DNA from: a virus
Lineage: Duplodnaviria > Heunggongvirae > Uroviricota > Caudoviricetes
DNA: 37,383 nt
Direction: 5' to 3' (one strand)
IMG/VR virus record: IMGVR_UViG_2737471869_000016
Part shown: positions 25,865 through 34,665 of the stretch, in pieces
Numbering within the stretch: the stretch's first letter is position 1
Layout of the letters: each line of letters opens with the position of its first letter
The notes under the pieces: model-generated
The model's database searches: none
What the model was told of the DNA's origin: nothing
The model's input: only the letters and a program-made list of their open reading frames with translations
Made by a program: the position numbers and the translations under genes

Positions 25865-28800
25865 ATGATGAACCAGACGTACACGCCAAAATTCCAGGAA
25901 GAATACAGCGCCAAAATTCCGGCACTGACGTTACTGACCAGCCTCGGCTGGACGTTTTTATCTCCGAAACAGATTATGGATTACCGGGGCTATAAACAGG
26001 ATGAGGTGGTGCTGCGTCCGGTTCTGCGTGAAGAGCTGTCGAAGCGTTCCTTTATGGCGGGTGGCAAAACCTGCCAGTTATCGGAAAAAGCACTGGATAA
26101 CCTGATATCACAGGTCTGTTCTCCGGCGCTCAATGAAGGGCTGCTCAAAGCCAATGAACGGATGTATAACCATCTGCTCTACGGTATCGCCGTCACGGAG
26201 TTTGTCGATGGCAAGAAGGTGAACCCCACCATTGCGCTGATCGACTGGGAACATCCGGAAAATAACCAGTTCCATTTTACCGAAGAATTTACGGTATTGC
26301 GGTCAGGCGGTGTCGAAACCCGCAGGCCGGATATTGTGTGTTTTGTGAATGGTATCCCGCTGGCCGTCATTGAAGCGAAAAGCCCGGCGGGTCACGGCAA
26401 GAAAGGGCCAACCATTGACGAAGGGATATCCCAGAGTATCCGCAATCAGCTCAACGACGAAATCCCGCAGCTGTTTGCTTACAGCCAGATATTACTGTCG
26501 ATTAACGGGCATGACGGGCGCTACGGTACCTGTCATACACCAATGAAATTCTGGGCGGCATGGCGCGAAGAAGATATTACTTACGCGCAGATGTATGCGC
26601 TGCGCAACCATAAGTTATCGACTGAACAAATTCATGCGTTGTTTGATCATCGTCCTTCAGTCGATCTCAAATGGTATCAACAGTTAATCGATGGGGGGGA
26701 ACTGGCAGTCAGCGGGCAGGATAAGCTGCTCATCAGTCTGCTTTCACCGGAACGTCTGCTGGAGATGACCCGCTTCTTCACCCTGTTTGATAAAAAAACC
26801 GGAAAAATTGTTGCCCGCTATCAGCAGGTGTTCGGGATAAAAAGACTGCTGGAACGCATCAGTACCCGCAGACCAGACGGGGGCAGGGAAGGTGGGGTGA
26901 TCTGGCATACCACGGGGTCAGGTAAATCTTACACCATGGTGTTCCTCAGCAAGGCGCTGATTCTTCATGACAGCCTGAAGCGGTGTCGTATCGTGGTGGT
27001 GACGGACCGTATCGATCTTGAAGAACAGCTCAGCAATACCTTTGCATCCGGCGGCGAGTTGGCCGGGAAAAAAGACAAAGCCAATGCAATGGCGACATCC
27101 GGGCAGATGCTGGCGAAACAGATTGGCTCCGGTAAAGAACGCATCATTTTCACCCTAATCCAGAAATTTAATTCAGCGACAAAACTTCCTGAATGCGTCA
27201 ATACCAGCCCCGATATCATCGTTCTGATTGATGAAGGACACCGTAGCCAGGGTGGTGAGAACCATGTGCGAATGAAACTGGCACTGCCGAACGCCGCCTT
27301 TGTAGCATTTACTGGTACGCCATTGCTAAAAGAAGATAAGACCACCAATAAATTCGGACCGATTGTCCACGCTTATACCATGCAGCGAGCGGTAGAAGAT
27401 AAAGCCGTTACACCTTTGCTGTATGAAGAACGTATTCCCGACCTTGAGGTTAACGATCGGGCAATAGATGCCTGGTTTGATCGTATTACCGATGGGTTAA
27501 GCGAAGCGCAAAAAGCCGACCTTAAGCGTAAATATGCCCGTAAAGGTGAGGTTTATAGTGCAGATGATCGCATCCGTCTGATCGCACTCGATATCGCCAC
27601 GCACTTCTCGAAGAATATTGATGAGGGACTGAAAGGCCAGCTTGCCTGCGACAGCAAGATTTCCGCCATCAAATATAAAAAGTATCTTGATGAAGCCGGG
27701 TTGTTTGAGTCAGCTGTAGTTATCAGCCCGCCGGATACCCGGGAAGGGAATACTGAGGTGGATGAAAGCAAACTGCCGGAAGTGACGAAATGGTGGAAAG
27801 ATAACGTCGGCACGCAGGATGAGTCTGTGTATACCCGCAATATCATCAGTCGTTTCGATACCGATGAGAAGCTCAAATTGCTGATAGTCGTTGATAAACT
27901 GCTCACCGGGTTTGATGAGCCGAAGAATACCGTGCTGTATATCGACAAGCCGCTTAAGTCCCACAACCTTATCCAGGCGATTGCGCGGGTGAACCGACTG
28001 CATCCACTGAAAAAGTTCGGTCTGCTGATTGATTATCGCGGTATTCTGGCTGAGCTGGACACGACTATCGGCAAATATCAGGACCTCGCCTCCCGAACTC
28101 AGGGCGGATACGATATCAAAGATATTGACGGGCTGTACAGCGCCATGAGCTCTGAATACAAGCGTCTACCGCATCTGTATAACCAGCTGTGGGCCATATT
28201 TGCCGGTGTTAAAAACAAAAATGATACTGAGCAGTTACGTGCGGTACTGGTGCCTAAAATGGAAGAACGTGACGGAGAGATGGTCGATATCCATCAGAAA
28301 ACCCGTGATGATTTCTTCGAGGCGTTAACGGCCTTCGCCGGATGCCTGAAAGTGGCACTGCAGTCCGCCACCTTCTTCACCGACAAAAGCTTTACGGAAC
28401 AAGACCGAAACCTCTATAAAGAAACCGTAAAACAGATGTCCAGCCTGCGCCAGTGGGCGATGCAGGTCAGTGGAGAGCAGGTCAATTATGACGACTACGC
28501 GGAGCAGGTGAAAAAACTGCTGGATAAGCATGTCACCGGCGTTGAGGTTCGTGAACCGGATGGCGTGTATGAAGTCGGTAAAATGGGCAAGAGCGAAAAG
28601 CCCTCAGAGTGGGACAACAATAAAACCCGCAATGAAACCGACATCATTAAAACCCGCGTGACGAAGATGATTGAGCAGGAATTGCGTGATGACCCGTATG
28701 CTCAGGAGGCATTTTCAAAACTCCTGCGTATGGCTATCGAAGAGGCTGAAAAACTGTTTGACCATCCGCTGAAACAGTACCTTTTGTTCCGTGAATTTGA

Positions 28801-29152
28801 AGAACAGGTTGAAGCCCGTAAGCTCAGCGATATCCCGGATGCACTGGCGGTAAACAAGCATGCTCAGGCGTATTACGGTGTATTTAAAAAAGAGCTACCT
28901 GAGGTTTTTGCGGTAAACGACGTTCAGGTGCAGGATAAGTGGACGAAGCTGGCTTTTGAAGTGGACAACATTATCGTCAAAGCGGTGGCAGAAAACTCCC
29001 TGAACCCCCAGGACATTGAGAAAGTCGTTAAGACAAGTCTGCTACCACTGCTGTTTACGGCCTGCCGGGAAATTGGTGCCGGAATGAATCAGGTTAACCG
29101 TATTGTGGAAACCATCATCCAGATACTGCGCGTTGGTTTGATGAAATCATGA
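25865..29152 (+). CDS. hsdR: Type I restriction enzyme, R (endonuclease/translocase) subunit (1095 aa)
   Basis: Helicase motif I HTTGSGKSYTM, motif II DEAH-type VLIDEGHRSQ; size typical of HsdR. Confidence 0.95.
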   Translation: MMNQTYTPKFQEEYSAKIPALTLLTSLGWTFLSPKQIMDYRGYKQDEVVLRPVLREELSKRSFMAGGKTCQLSEKALDNLISQVCSPALNEGLLKANERMYNHLLYGIAVTEFVDGKKVNPTIALIDWEHPENNQFHFTEEFTVLRSGGVETRRPDIVCFVNGIPLAVIEAKSPAGHGKKGPTIDEGISQSIRNQLNDEIPQLFAYSQILLSINGHDGRYGTCHTPMKFWAAWREEDITYAQMYALRNHKLSTEQIHALFDHRPSVDLKWYQQLIDGGELAVSGQDKLLISLLSPERLLEMTRFFTLFDKKTGKIVARYQQVFGIKRLLERISTRRPDGGREGGVIWHTTGSGKSYTMVFLSKALILHDSLKRCRIVVVTDRIDLEEQLSNTFASGGELAGKKDKANAMATSGQMLAKQIGSGKERIIFTLIQKFNSATKLPECVNTSPDIIVLIDEGHRSQGGENHVRMKLALPNAAFVAFTGTPLLKEDKTTNKFGPIVHAYTMQRAVEDKAVTPLLYEERIPDLEVNDRAIDAWFDRITDGLSEAQKADLKRKYARKGEVYSADDRIRLIALDIATHFSKNIDEGLKGQLACDSKISAIKYKKYLDEAGLFESAVVISPPDTREGNTEVDESKLPEVTKWWKDNVGTQDESVYTRNIISRFDTDEKLKLLIVVDKLLTGFDEPKNTVLYIDKPLKSHNLIQAIARVNRLHPLKKFGLLIDYRGILAELDTTIGKYQDLASRTQGGYDIKDIDGLYSAMSSEYKRLPHLYNQLWAIFAGVKNKNDTEQLRAVLVPKMEERDGEMVDIHQKTRDDFFEALTAFAGCLKVALQSATFFTDKSFTEQDRNLYKETVKQMSSLRQWAMQVSGEQVNYDDYAEQVKKLLDKHVTGVEVREPDGVYEVGKMGKSEKPSEWDNNKTRNETDIIKTRVTKMIEQELRDDPYAQEAFSKLLRMAIEEAEKLFDHPLKQYLLFREFEEQVEARKLSDIPDALAVNKHAQAYYGVFKKELPEVFAVNDVQVQDKWTKLAFEVDNIIVKAVAENSLNPQDIEKVVKTSLLPLLFTACREIGAGMNQVNRIVETIIQILRVGLMKS

Positions 29153-29904
29153 GTGAAAAAGAATCGCCATCAATGAAAGCGTTACGCATTGTCTATGGTG
29201 ATGAGGTCATCGTCGTACAGTGTGCTCCGCGTCAGGTCGTAAAGGGCAGGGTGCTCATCAAGGTTTATCCGGACTGCCGGGTTGTGGCCTCTGTACCGCC
29301 TGAAACACCGGAGCACGAGGTATTGTCTGCGCTGAAAAAACGTGGGCGCTGGATATACCAGCAACTGCGTGATTTCAGGGAGCAACAGACACACATTGTT
29401 CCGCGTCAGTATGTCAGCGGAGAAAGCCATTATTATCTCGGTAAGCAATATCAGTTGAAAGTGACAGAAGACGCTACTGTGCCGCAACGAGTGAAAATGT
29501 TGCGTGGGCGTCTGGAAGTGACTGTCAGACACAAATCGGCAGAAAAGATTAAAGCCTTGCTGGCTGAATGGTATCGGGAACGTGCCAGAGATGTTTTTCA
29601 GCGCAGGCTTGATTTACTGATTCCGCAGACCCTTTGGGTCAGTGAGCGTCCTCCGATACGTCTGCGGGCGATGCAAACGCAATGGGGCAACTGTTCAGCA
29701 AAAGGCTGTCTGACCCTGAATCCATGGCTGGTTAAGGCATCCTCAGAATGTATCGATTATGTTTTGCTACATGAGTTATGCCATGTGGCTGAACACAACC
29801 ACAGCGAGGAGTTTTACCGTCTGATGGGGCAGGTTATGCCGGGCTGGGAAAAGGTTAAGAAGCGACTGGATGGTATGGCTGGGATGTTGTTGGCAGATAT
29901 GTAA
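29149..29904 (+). CDS. HExxH zinc metallohydrolase, YgjP/DUF45-like (251 aa)
   Basis: HELCHVAEHNHS (HExxH plus downstream His); start overlaps hsdR stop. I recall COG1451-type hydrolases being frequently linked to hsdR. Confidence 0.7.
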   Translation: MSEKESPSMKALRIVYGDEVIVVQCAPRQVVKGRVLIKVYPDCRVVASVPPETPEHEVLSALKKRGRWIYQQLRDFREQQTHIVPRQYVSGESHYYLGKQYQLKVTEDATVPQRVKMLRGRLEVTVRHKSAEKIKALLAEWYRERARDVFQRRLDLLIPQTLWVSERPPIRLRAMQTQWGNCSAKGCLTLNPWLVKASSECIDYVLLHELCHVAEHNHSEEFYRLMGQVMPGWEKVKKRLDGMAGMLLADM

Positions 29905-29929
29905 CTTATCAATATGAGTTCTTAAGAGT

Positions 29930-31801
29930 TTGGTCAGTCTCGTTAATGCAGGGAGTATAATAATGAGTAAGTTAGATAATAAAATTGAAGCACGCCATCG
30001 TAATTTGTTTGATGTTCTAAATGCGCAAAAATATACCGTTGATTACTTTCAGCGCGAGTATAGCTGGGGTGAGAAACATATTGAAGAGTTGGTTACAGAC
30101 TTAACATCTGCGTTTCTCAATGAATACACAGTCGGTGATTCTCGGGAGCAGGGTGAAAACTACAATAATTATTACTTAGGACCATTTGTTGTGAGTAGTA
30201 AAGATGGAAAGCGGAGTATTATTGATGGTCAGCAACGACTGACTTCATTAACTTTATTTCTAATTTACCTCCATAATCTTCAGAAAGAACTTAAATATGA
30301 AGAGAAAATAGAATCAATGATTTTCTCCGAGCTACGTGGCAGCAAATCATTCAATATAGTAGTTGAAGACAGAATTCCTTGCATGGAAGCATTGTTTAAT
30401 TTTGGTAGCTATAGTTTAGTTGATGGGGATGATGAGTCAACCCATAACATGGTGGAGAGATATCAGAATATCACAGATGCTTTTCCTGATGAGTTAAAAG
30501 GTCAGGCTTTTCCTTTTTTTATCGACTGGCTTAAGTATAACGTTATTATGGTTGAGATAGTCGCCTATTCAGATGAAAACGCATATACCATCTTTGAGAC
30601 TATGAATGACCGAGGATTGAATCTTACTCCGTCCGAAATGCTTAAAGGTTTTTTACTTTCACGTTTTCATCAGGGAGATAAACGCCAAAAGGCAAATGAA
30701 CTCTGGAAAAAAGCGATGATGGATTTAAAAAGCTATGACAAAGATGAAGACCAACGTTTTTTCCAGTCATGGTTGCGTGCTCAATATGCTGATACAATAC
30801 GCCCGGGTAAAGCTGGTTCAAAAAATGAAGACTTTGAAAAAATAGGTACGCGTTTTCATAGCTGGGTTAGAGATAATCTTCAGGCGGTGGGATTGGACCC
30901 AGATAATGGTGAGACATTCGAACGATTTATACAAAAAAACTTTTTGTTTTATTTGAATGCCTATACACAAATACTGAATGCTGAGAGAGTATTAACGCAC
31001 CAACTGGAATATGTATTTTATATCCACCATTGGGGTATTGCACCTACTTTAAGTTTCCCTTTGATGTTGGCTCCATTAAATGTAGATGACAGTCCTGAGG
31101 CTGTGAAAGCCAAAATAAACCTAGTGGCTCGCTATATTGAAACGTTTGTTGTTCGTCGTTCTGTTAATTTCCGAAAATTCTCTGCCAGTTCTATTCGTTA
31201 CACAATGTACAGTCTTGTTAAAGAGATTCGTGGTAAAAGTTTTGAAGAATTAAAAGATTTATTATCTAAGAAGTTATCCGAAATGCCAGATACTTTTGCA
31301 GGAATGGAAGAGTTTCGTCTCCATGGTCAAAACCATCGTTTTGTGAAGTTTTTGCTTTCTCGTATAACTGCGTGGGTTGAGCAACAAGCCGGAATGAGTA
31401 CAACCTTCATTACATATTATCAGCCAGAACACGGTAAGCCATTTGAAGTCGAGCATATTTGGGCCGATAAATATGAACGTTACTCTGATGAGTTTGAACA
31501 AGAGCACGAATTTAACAATTACAGAAATCGCTTAGGTGATTTGGTTTTATTACCTAGAGGCTCAAACCAGTCATATGGTGATTTGTGTTACGATCAAAAG
31601 CAACCTCATTACATCAAAGAGAATCTCCTGGCTAAATCGTTATGCCCATTGGCATATATGAATAACCCTAATTTCAATCAGTTGAGAAATGTATTCGGAT
31701 TGCCTTTCAAACCACATGATTCATTTAAAAAACAAGATGTCGATGAACGACAGTCTTTGTATAAAATAATTTGTGAGAATATTTGGGACCATAATTTATA
31801 G
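29930..31801 (+). CDS. DUF262/DUF1524 two-domain protein, GmrSD-like putative type IV (modification-dependent) restriction endonuclease (likely start at 29963)
   Basis: N-terminal DUF262/ParB-like motif QREYSW...IIDGQQRLTSL; C-terminal His-Me-finger-like region EVEHIWADKYE ... GDLVLLPRGSNQSYG. Internal Met (MSKLDNK) has a GGGAG SD. Confidence 0.75.
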   Translation: MVSLVNAGSIIMSKLDNKIEARHRNLFDVLNAQKYTVDYFQREYSWGEKHIEELVTDLTSAFLNEYTVGDSREQGENYNNYYLGPFVVSSKDGKRSIIDGQQRLTSLTLFLIYLHNLQKELKYEEKIESMIFSELRGSKSFNIVVEDRIPCMEALFNFGSYSLVDGDDESTHNMVERYQNITDAFPDELKGQAFPFFIDWLKYNVIMVEIVAYSDENAYTIFETMNDRGLNLTPSEMLKGFLLSRFHQGDKRQKANELWKKAMMDLKSYDKDEDQRFFQSWLRAQYADTIRPGKAGSKNEDFEKIGTRFHSWVRDNLQAVGLDPDNGETFERFIQKNFLFYLNAYTQILNAERVLTHQLEYVFYIHHWGIAPTLSFPLMLAPLNVDDSPEAVKAKINLVARYIETFVVRRSVNFRKFSASSIRYTMYSLVKEIRGKSFEELKDLLSKKLSEMPDTFAGMEEFRLHGQNHRFVKFLLSRITAWVEQQAGMSTTFITYYQPEHGKPFEVEHIWADKYERYSDEFEQEHEFNNYRNRLGDLVLLPRGSNQSYGDLCYDQKQPHYIKENLLAKSLCPLAYMNNPNFNQLRNVFGLPFKPHDSFKKQDVDERQSLYKIICENIWDHNL

Positions 31802-31859
31802 CAAAGTTGGGGTGTTAATTAATGTGTAATGGCATCATGATTTTTAAAAGGAGGTTGAA

Positions 31860-32987
31860 TTGCGTTCTGAAACGTTTTTTGTCAAATTTATTGAACAACT
31901 GAAAGGTATTTCGGTTGAGGATGATGTTGAATTCAATTTTTTTGAATTGGGTGGTTCCGGATATCTCGAAAATCCAACTACGGATTTGATGGCTTTGTTT
32001 ATGGGAGCCCAGAAAATGGTGCCGCCATGGTTGCTAAAAGCATTGTTATGTTGCCTGGATGATTCCCTCGATGTTGATGAAATTGATTTCACCTCTCTGG
32101 AATTAATGAGAGAGGCCAGAACAGAGGATGGGAAATATCTTGATATTCTTATCAGACATGATGAATTCATCATAGGTATTGAGCATAAAGTTTTGGCTGA
32201 TACATATAATCCTTTTCCCAGCTATGTAAGTCTCATTGATAGTTACGGCGGCAACAATCAAAATCTATTTCGCTGTATATTAAAGCCTGACGGTAACAGT
32301 GCTAAAGGCGTAGACGGTTGGCAACTGATCAATTATTCATTGCTGCTGGAAACCGCCATTCGACGTCTGGGGTTGGAGATGATGAATCAAGAGTTCAGCA
32401 AGTGGACTGTTTTTTATCAGGAGTTTTTAAGTCATCTTAAAAAATTGAGTGAGGTTAGTATGGATAAGGTATCTGATAAAAATGTGGAGTTTGTCACTGA
32501 AAATTTCTCAGCTTTGATAAAATCGGTTCAACTGCTGGAAATGTACCAAAATGCTATCACCGAGGAAGCTAAATCGGTTGTCTCAGAGGTATTGCCTGAT
32601 ATTCATATTGCAACAGGTATTAATAACTGGAAGGGTTACTATAAAGCAATTCATCTGATGCCGGGATGCTGGGGGCAAGGTAAAACAGGAATTACGTTAG
32701 TTTATCGCCCTTCAGAGGATGGACGAGATGAAGCTGAGTTCTACGTATATGGATGGATACATTCAGATGATTACCCTGAAATTAATGCACTAAAAGAAGA
32801 AATACGAGTTGCTTTAAGTGCTGGTGATTTCATTCCAACCGCTAGCTCTGAGGACTACGAAGTATCAATTACTGGGAAGGGGAAAGTGCTTGAACTGAGT
32901 TTTTGGGGGAACACCAGAAGCAAAAAAGATGCACTGGTTCTTCTTAAGGATATGACGGAGTGGATGGACTCAAAAATAAGAACATAA
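31860..32987 (+). CDS. Putative PD-(D/E)xK nuclease-fold protein (375 aa), TTG start
   Basis: Segment YLDILIRHDEFIIGIEHK fits the D-x(n)-E-x-K pattern; strong SD AAAGGAGG 5 nt upstream of a TTG start; AT-rich gene. Confidence 0.5.
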   Translation: MRSETFFVKFIEQLKGISVEDDVEFNFFELGGSGYLENPTTDLMALFMGAQKMVPPWLLKALLCCLDDSLDVDEIDFTSLELMREARTEDGKYLDILIRHDEFIIGIEHKVLADTYNPFPSYVSLIDSYGGNNQNLFRCILKPDGNSAKGVDGWQLINYSLLLETAIRRLGLEMMNQEFSKWTVFYQEFLSHLKKLSEVSMDKVSDKNVEFVTENFSALIKSVQLLEMYQNAITEEAKSVVSEVLPDIHIATGINNWKGYYKAIHLMPGCWGQGKTGITLVYRPSEDGRDEAEFYVYGWIHSDDYPEINALKEEIRVALSAGDFIPTASSEDYEVSITGKGKVLELSFWGNTRSKKDALVLLKDMTEWMDSKIRT

Positions 32988-33091
32988 ATTAATATGACTG
33001 CGTTATGATGATCTTTTTTAAATTGTGGATTATTAGGCACGAAATTAAAGTGTCGAATAGTCAGATATTGGAATAAAAGGAGAATATTCAA

Positions 33092-34270
33092 ATGATTTAT
33101 CAGTGTGATATTTGCAGTAGAACGACTTTTGAGGTTAATTGTCCCTGGTGTAGTGGAGTTTCGCCTGTAAAAACGTCTGCATGGGGTTCAGCATCATCGA
33201 CCGCACAAGCAATAGGCATACAACGTATGACACCATTGAATCCATCGTTTTATCCCGAATTTCAGTATCGTTCAAAGGGTGTTCTAAAAGATCTATTTGG
33301 GAAAAAGAAAGAGCAAACTCAGCTTAATCAATTGCTTGAAAATGTTCTCAAAAAATACTCCAGTTTAAAAGATCCATATTTTACTAACTTCATTTACACT
33401 TCCAGATTCTCACATAATAATAAATCGGAAGCAGATTACTCAACAGATAATGGTACATACTCCGAATTACAACTTTTCCGTGAGGTGTTGGTCAGAAAAG
33501 GGTTCAATGAGCTTGAGGAGTTACCTGAGCTATTAGATAAATTACTCCTTACCACGTCATTTAACGCTCTTTATTATGGTTTCGCTAAGGAAGTTAAACG
33601 GCATATTAAATCTACACTTACTGAATCCTTGAAGTCATGGATTGAGGAAGCGGGTACCACTTTTCGGGCAGATCTTTCATTATTTCTATTCTATATATGG
33701 AGTAATAATATAGAGTTCTCATCAGTAGAATTCAATGAAAAAGCGGAGACCACACCTGGTGTCCCTTTGGTTTTATTTGATGAAGTTAAAAAATATTTGG
33801 CTGTGTGCGAACGTATTTATTTTGATATTCTGGTTGATAGGTTAGCTACACGCCTTGAGCATTTTAACCCTAATAAATTCGTCACCATGTATTTAGTTGA
33901 TGCAATGGACGGTTTCCAGTTCGAAGATTTCCTTGTGGAAATATTCCAGACTATGGGTTATGACGTCAAAGAAACCAAAAGAACGCAAGATCAGGGTGCA
34001 GATCTTTTCGTCACTCGATTTGGTAAGGATATGGTTATTCAGGCGAAAAATTATTCTGGTTCTGTAGGTAACTCGGCGGTGCAGCAGGTGATCTCTGCTA
34101 AAACGTTCTATGGTTGTGATGAGGCGATGGTTGTGACTAATTCTTACTTCACACGCTCTGCTAAAGAGTTAGCTGAGTCAGCCTTGGTACGTCTGATCGA
34201 TAGGGATGAACTGCAAAAGTATCTGGATGATTACAATCAGAAGATAATCGAAGATTTCCAGTCAAACTAG
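33092..34270 (+). CDS. Zinc-ribbon + Mrr-like (Mrr_cat) restriction-endonuclease-domain protein (392 aa)
   Basis: N-terminal CDICS...CPWCS zinc ribbon; C-terminal region GADLFVTRFGKDMVIQAKNYSGSVGNSAVQQVISAKTFYGCDEAMVVTNSYFTRSAKELAE matches the Mrr catalytic domain pattern (D...QxK). Confidence 0.7.
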   Translation: MIYQCDICSRTTFEVNCPWCSGVSPVKTSAWGSASSTAQAIGIQRMTPLNPSFYPEFQYRSKGVLKDLFGKKKEQTQLNQLLENVLKKYSSLKDPYFTNFIYTSRFSHNNKSEADYSTDNGTYSELQLFREVLVRKGFNELEELPELLDKLLLTTSFNALYYGFAKEVKRHIKSTLTESLKSWIEEAGTTFRADLSLFLFYIWSNNIEFSSVEFNEKAETTPGVPLVLFDEVKKYLAVCERIYFDILVDRLATRLEHFNPNKFVTMYLVDAMDGFQFEDFLVEIFQTMGYDVKETKRTQDQGADLFVTRFGKDMVIQAKNYSGSVGNSAVQQVISAKTFYGCDEAMVVTNSYFTRSAKELAESALVRLIDRDELQKYLDDYNQKIIEDFQSN

Positions 34271-34301
34271 TAACTTTGCAGTCATATAAATATAGCAAAG
34301 G

Positions 34302-34337
34302 ACAGGTAGGCCTCCGTGAGAGGGGGGACTTACCTGT
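34302..34337 (+). terminator. Possible terminator hairpin after the Mrr-like gene
   Basis: ACAGGTAGG-(~18 nt)-CTTACCTGT imperfect inverted repeat followed by GTTGTTCTG (weak U-tract). Confidence 0.3.
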
Positions 34338-34581
34338 GTTGTTCTGAGGTGAGTAAAGCACTTCTGCTCAGGTGGCCAAATTCAGTAACCACTTCATTCA
34401 TATGAGACCTAATGGCCTAGTCATCTAGCCAGAAAGCCATTGAGCCAAGGTTCAGAAGGGCTTTTTGTAAGTGTGCCAATTGGTGGCTCTGAACTTCTGG
34501 TATACTACATGACTGCATGTGTTGTCAGCAAATGCTTTAACAGGTCCTTCAGCTCAGCAAAAGCTCGATTTTTTCATCAAA

Positions 34582-34607
34582 GCCCAATTGGTGATGAAGA
34601 TCACCAA
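34582..34607. promoter_or_regulatory. Candidate operator: palindrome TTGGTGAT-GAAG-ATCACCAA overlapping a CCAATTGG box; a second GCCAATTGGTGG box at 34475..34486
   Basis: Perfect 8-bp inverted repeat with 4-nt spacer ~100 bp upstream of the sigma-factor gene; duplicated palindromic CCAATTGG core; TGGTATACT extended -10-like element between the two boxes. Confidence 0.4.
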
Positions 34608-34665
34608 AAATGATATGTTGCTTATATATACAGTACCAAATTCGATTTTCTCCCTATAAGATAGA

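Noticed and set aside
26179-28531. Several 60-137-aa ORFs on both strands inside hsdR
   Set aside because: All lie within or antisense to the hsdR frame carrying helicase motifs; Ser-rich low-complexity translations typical of out-of-frame reading.
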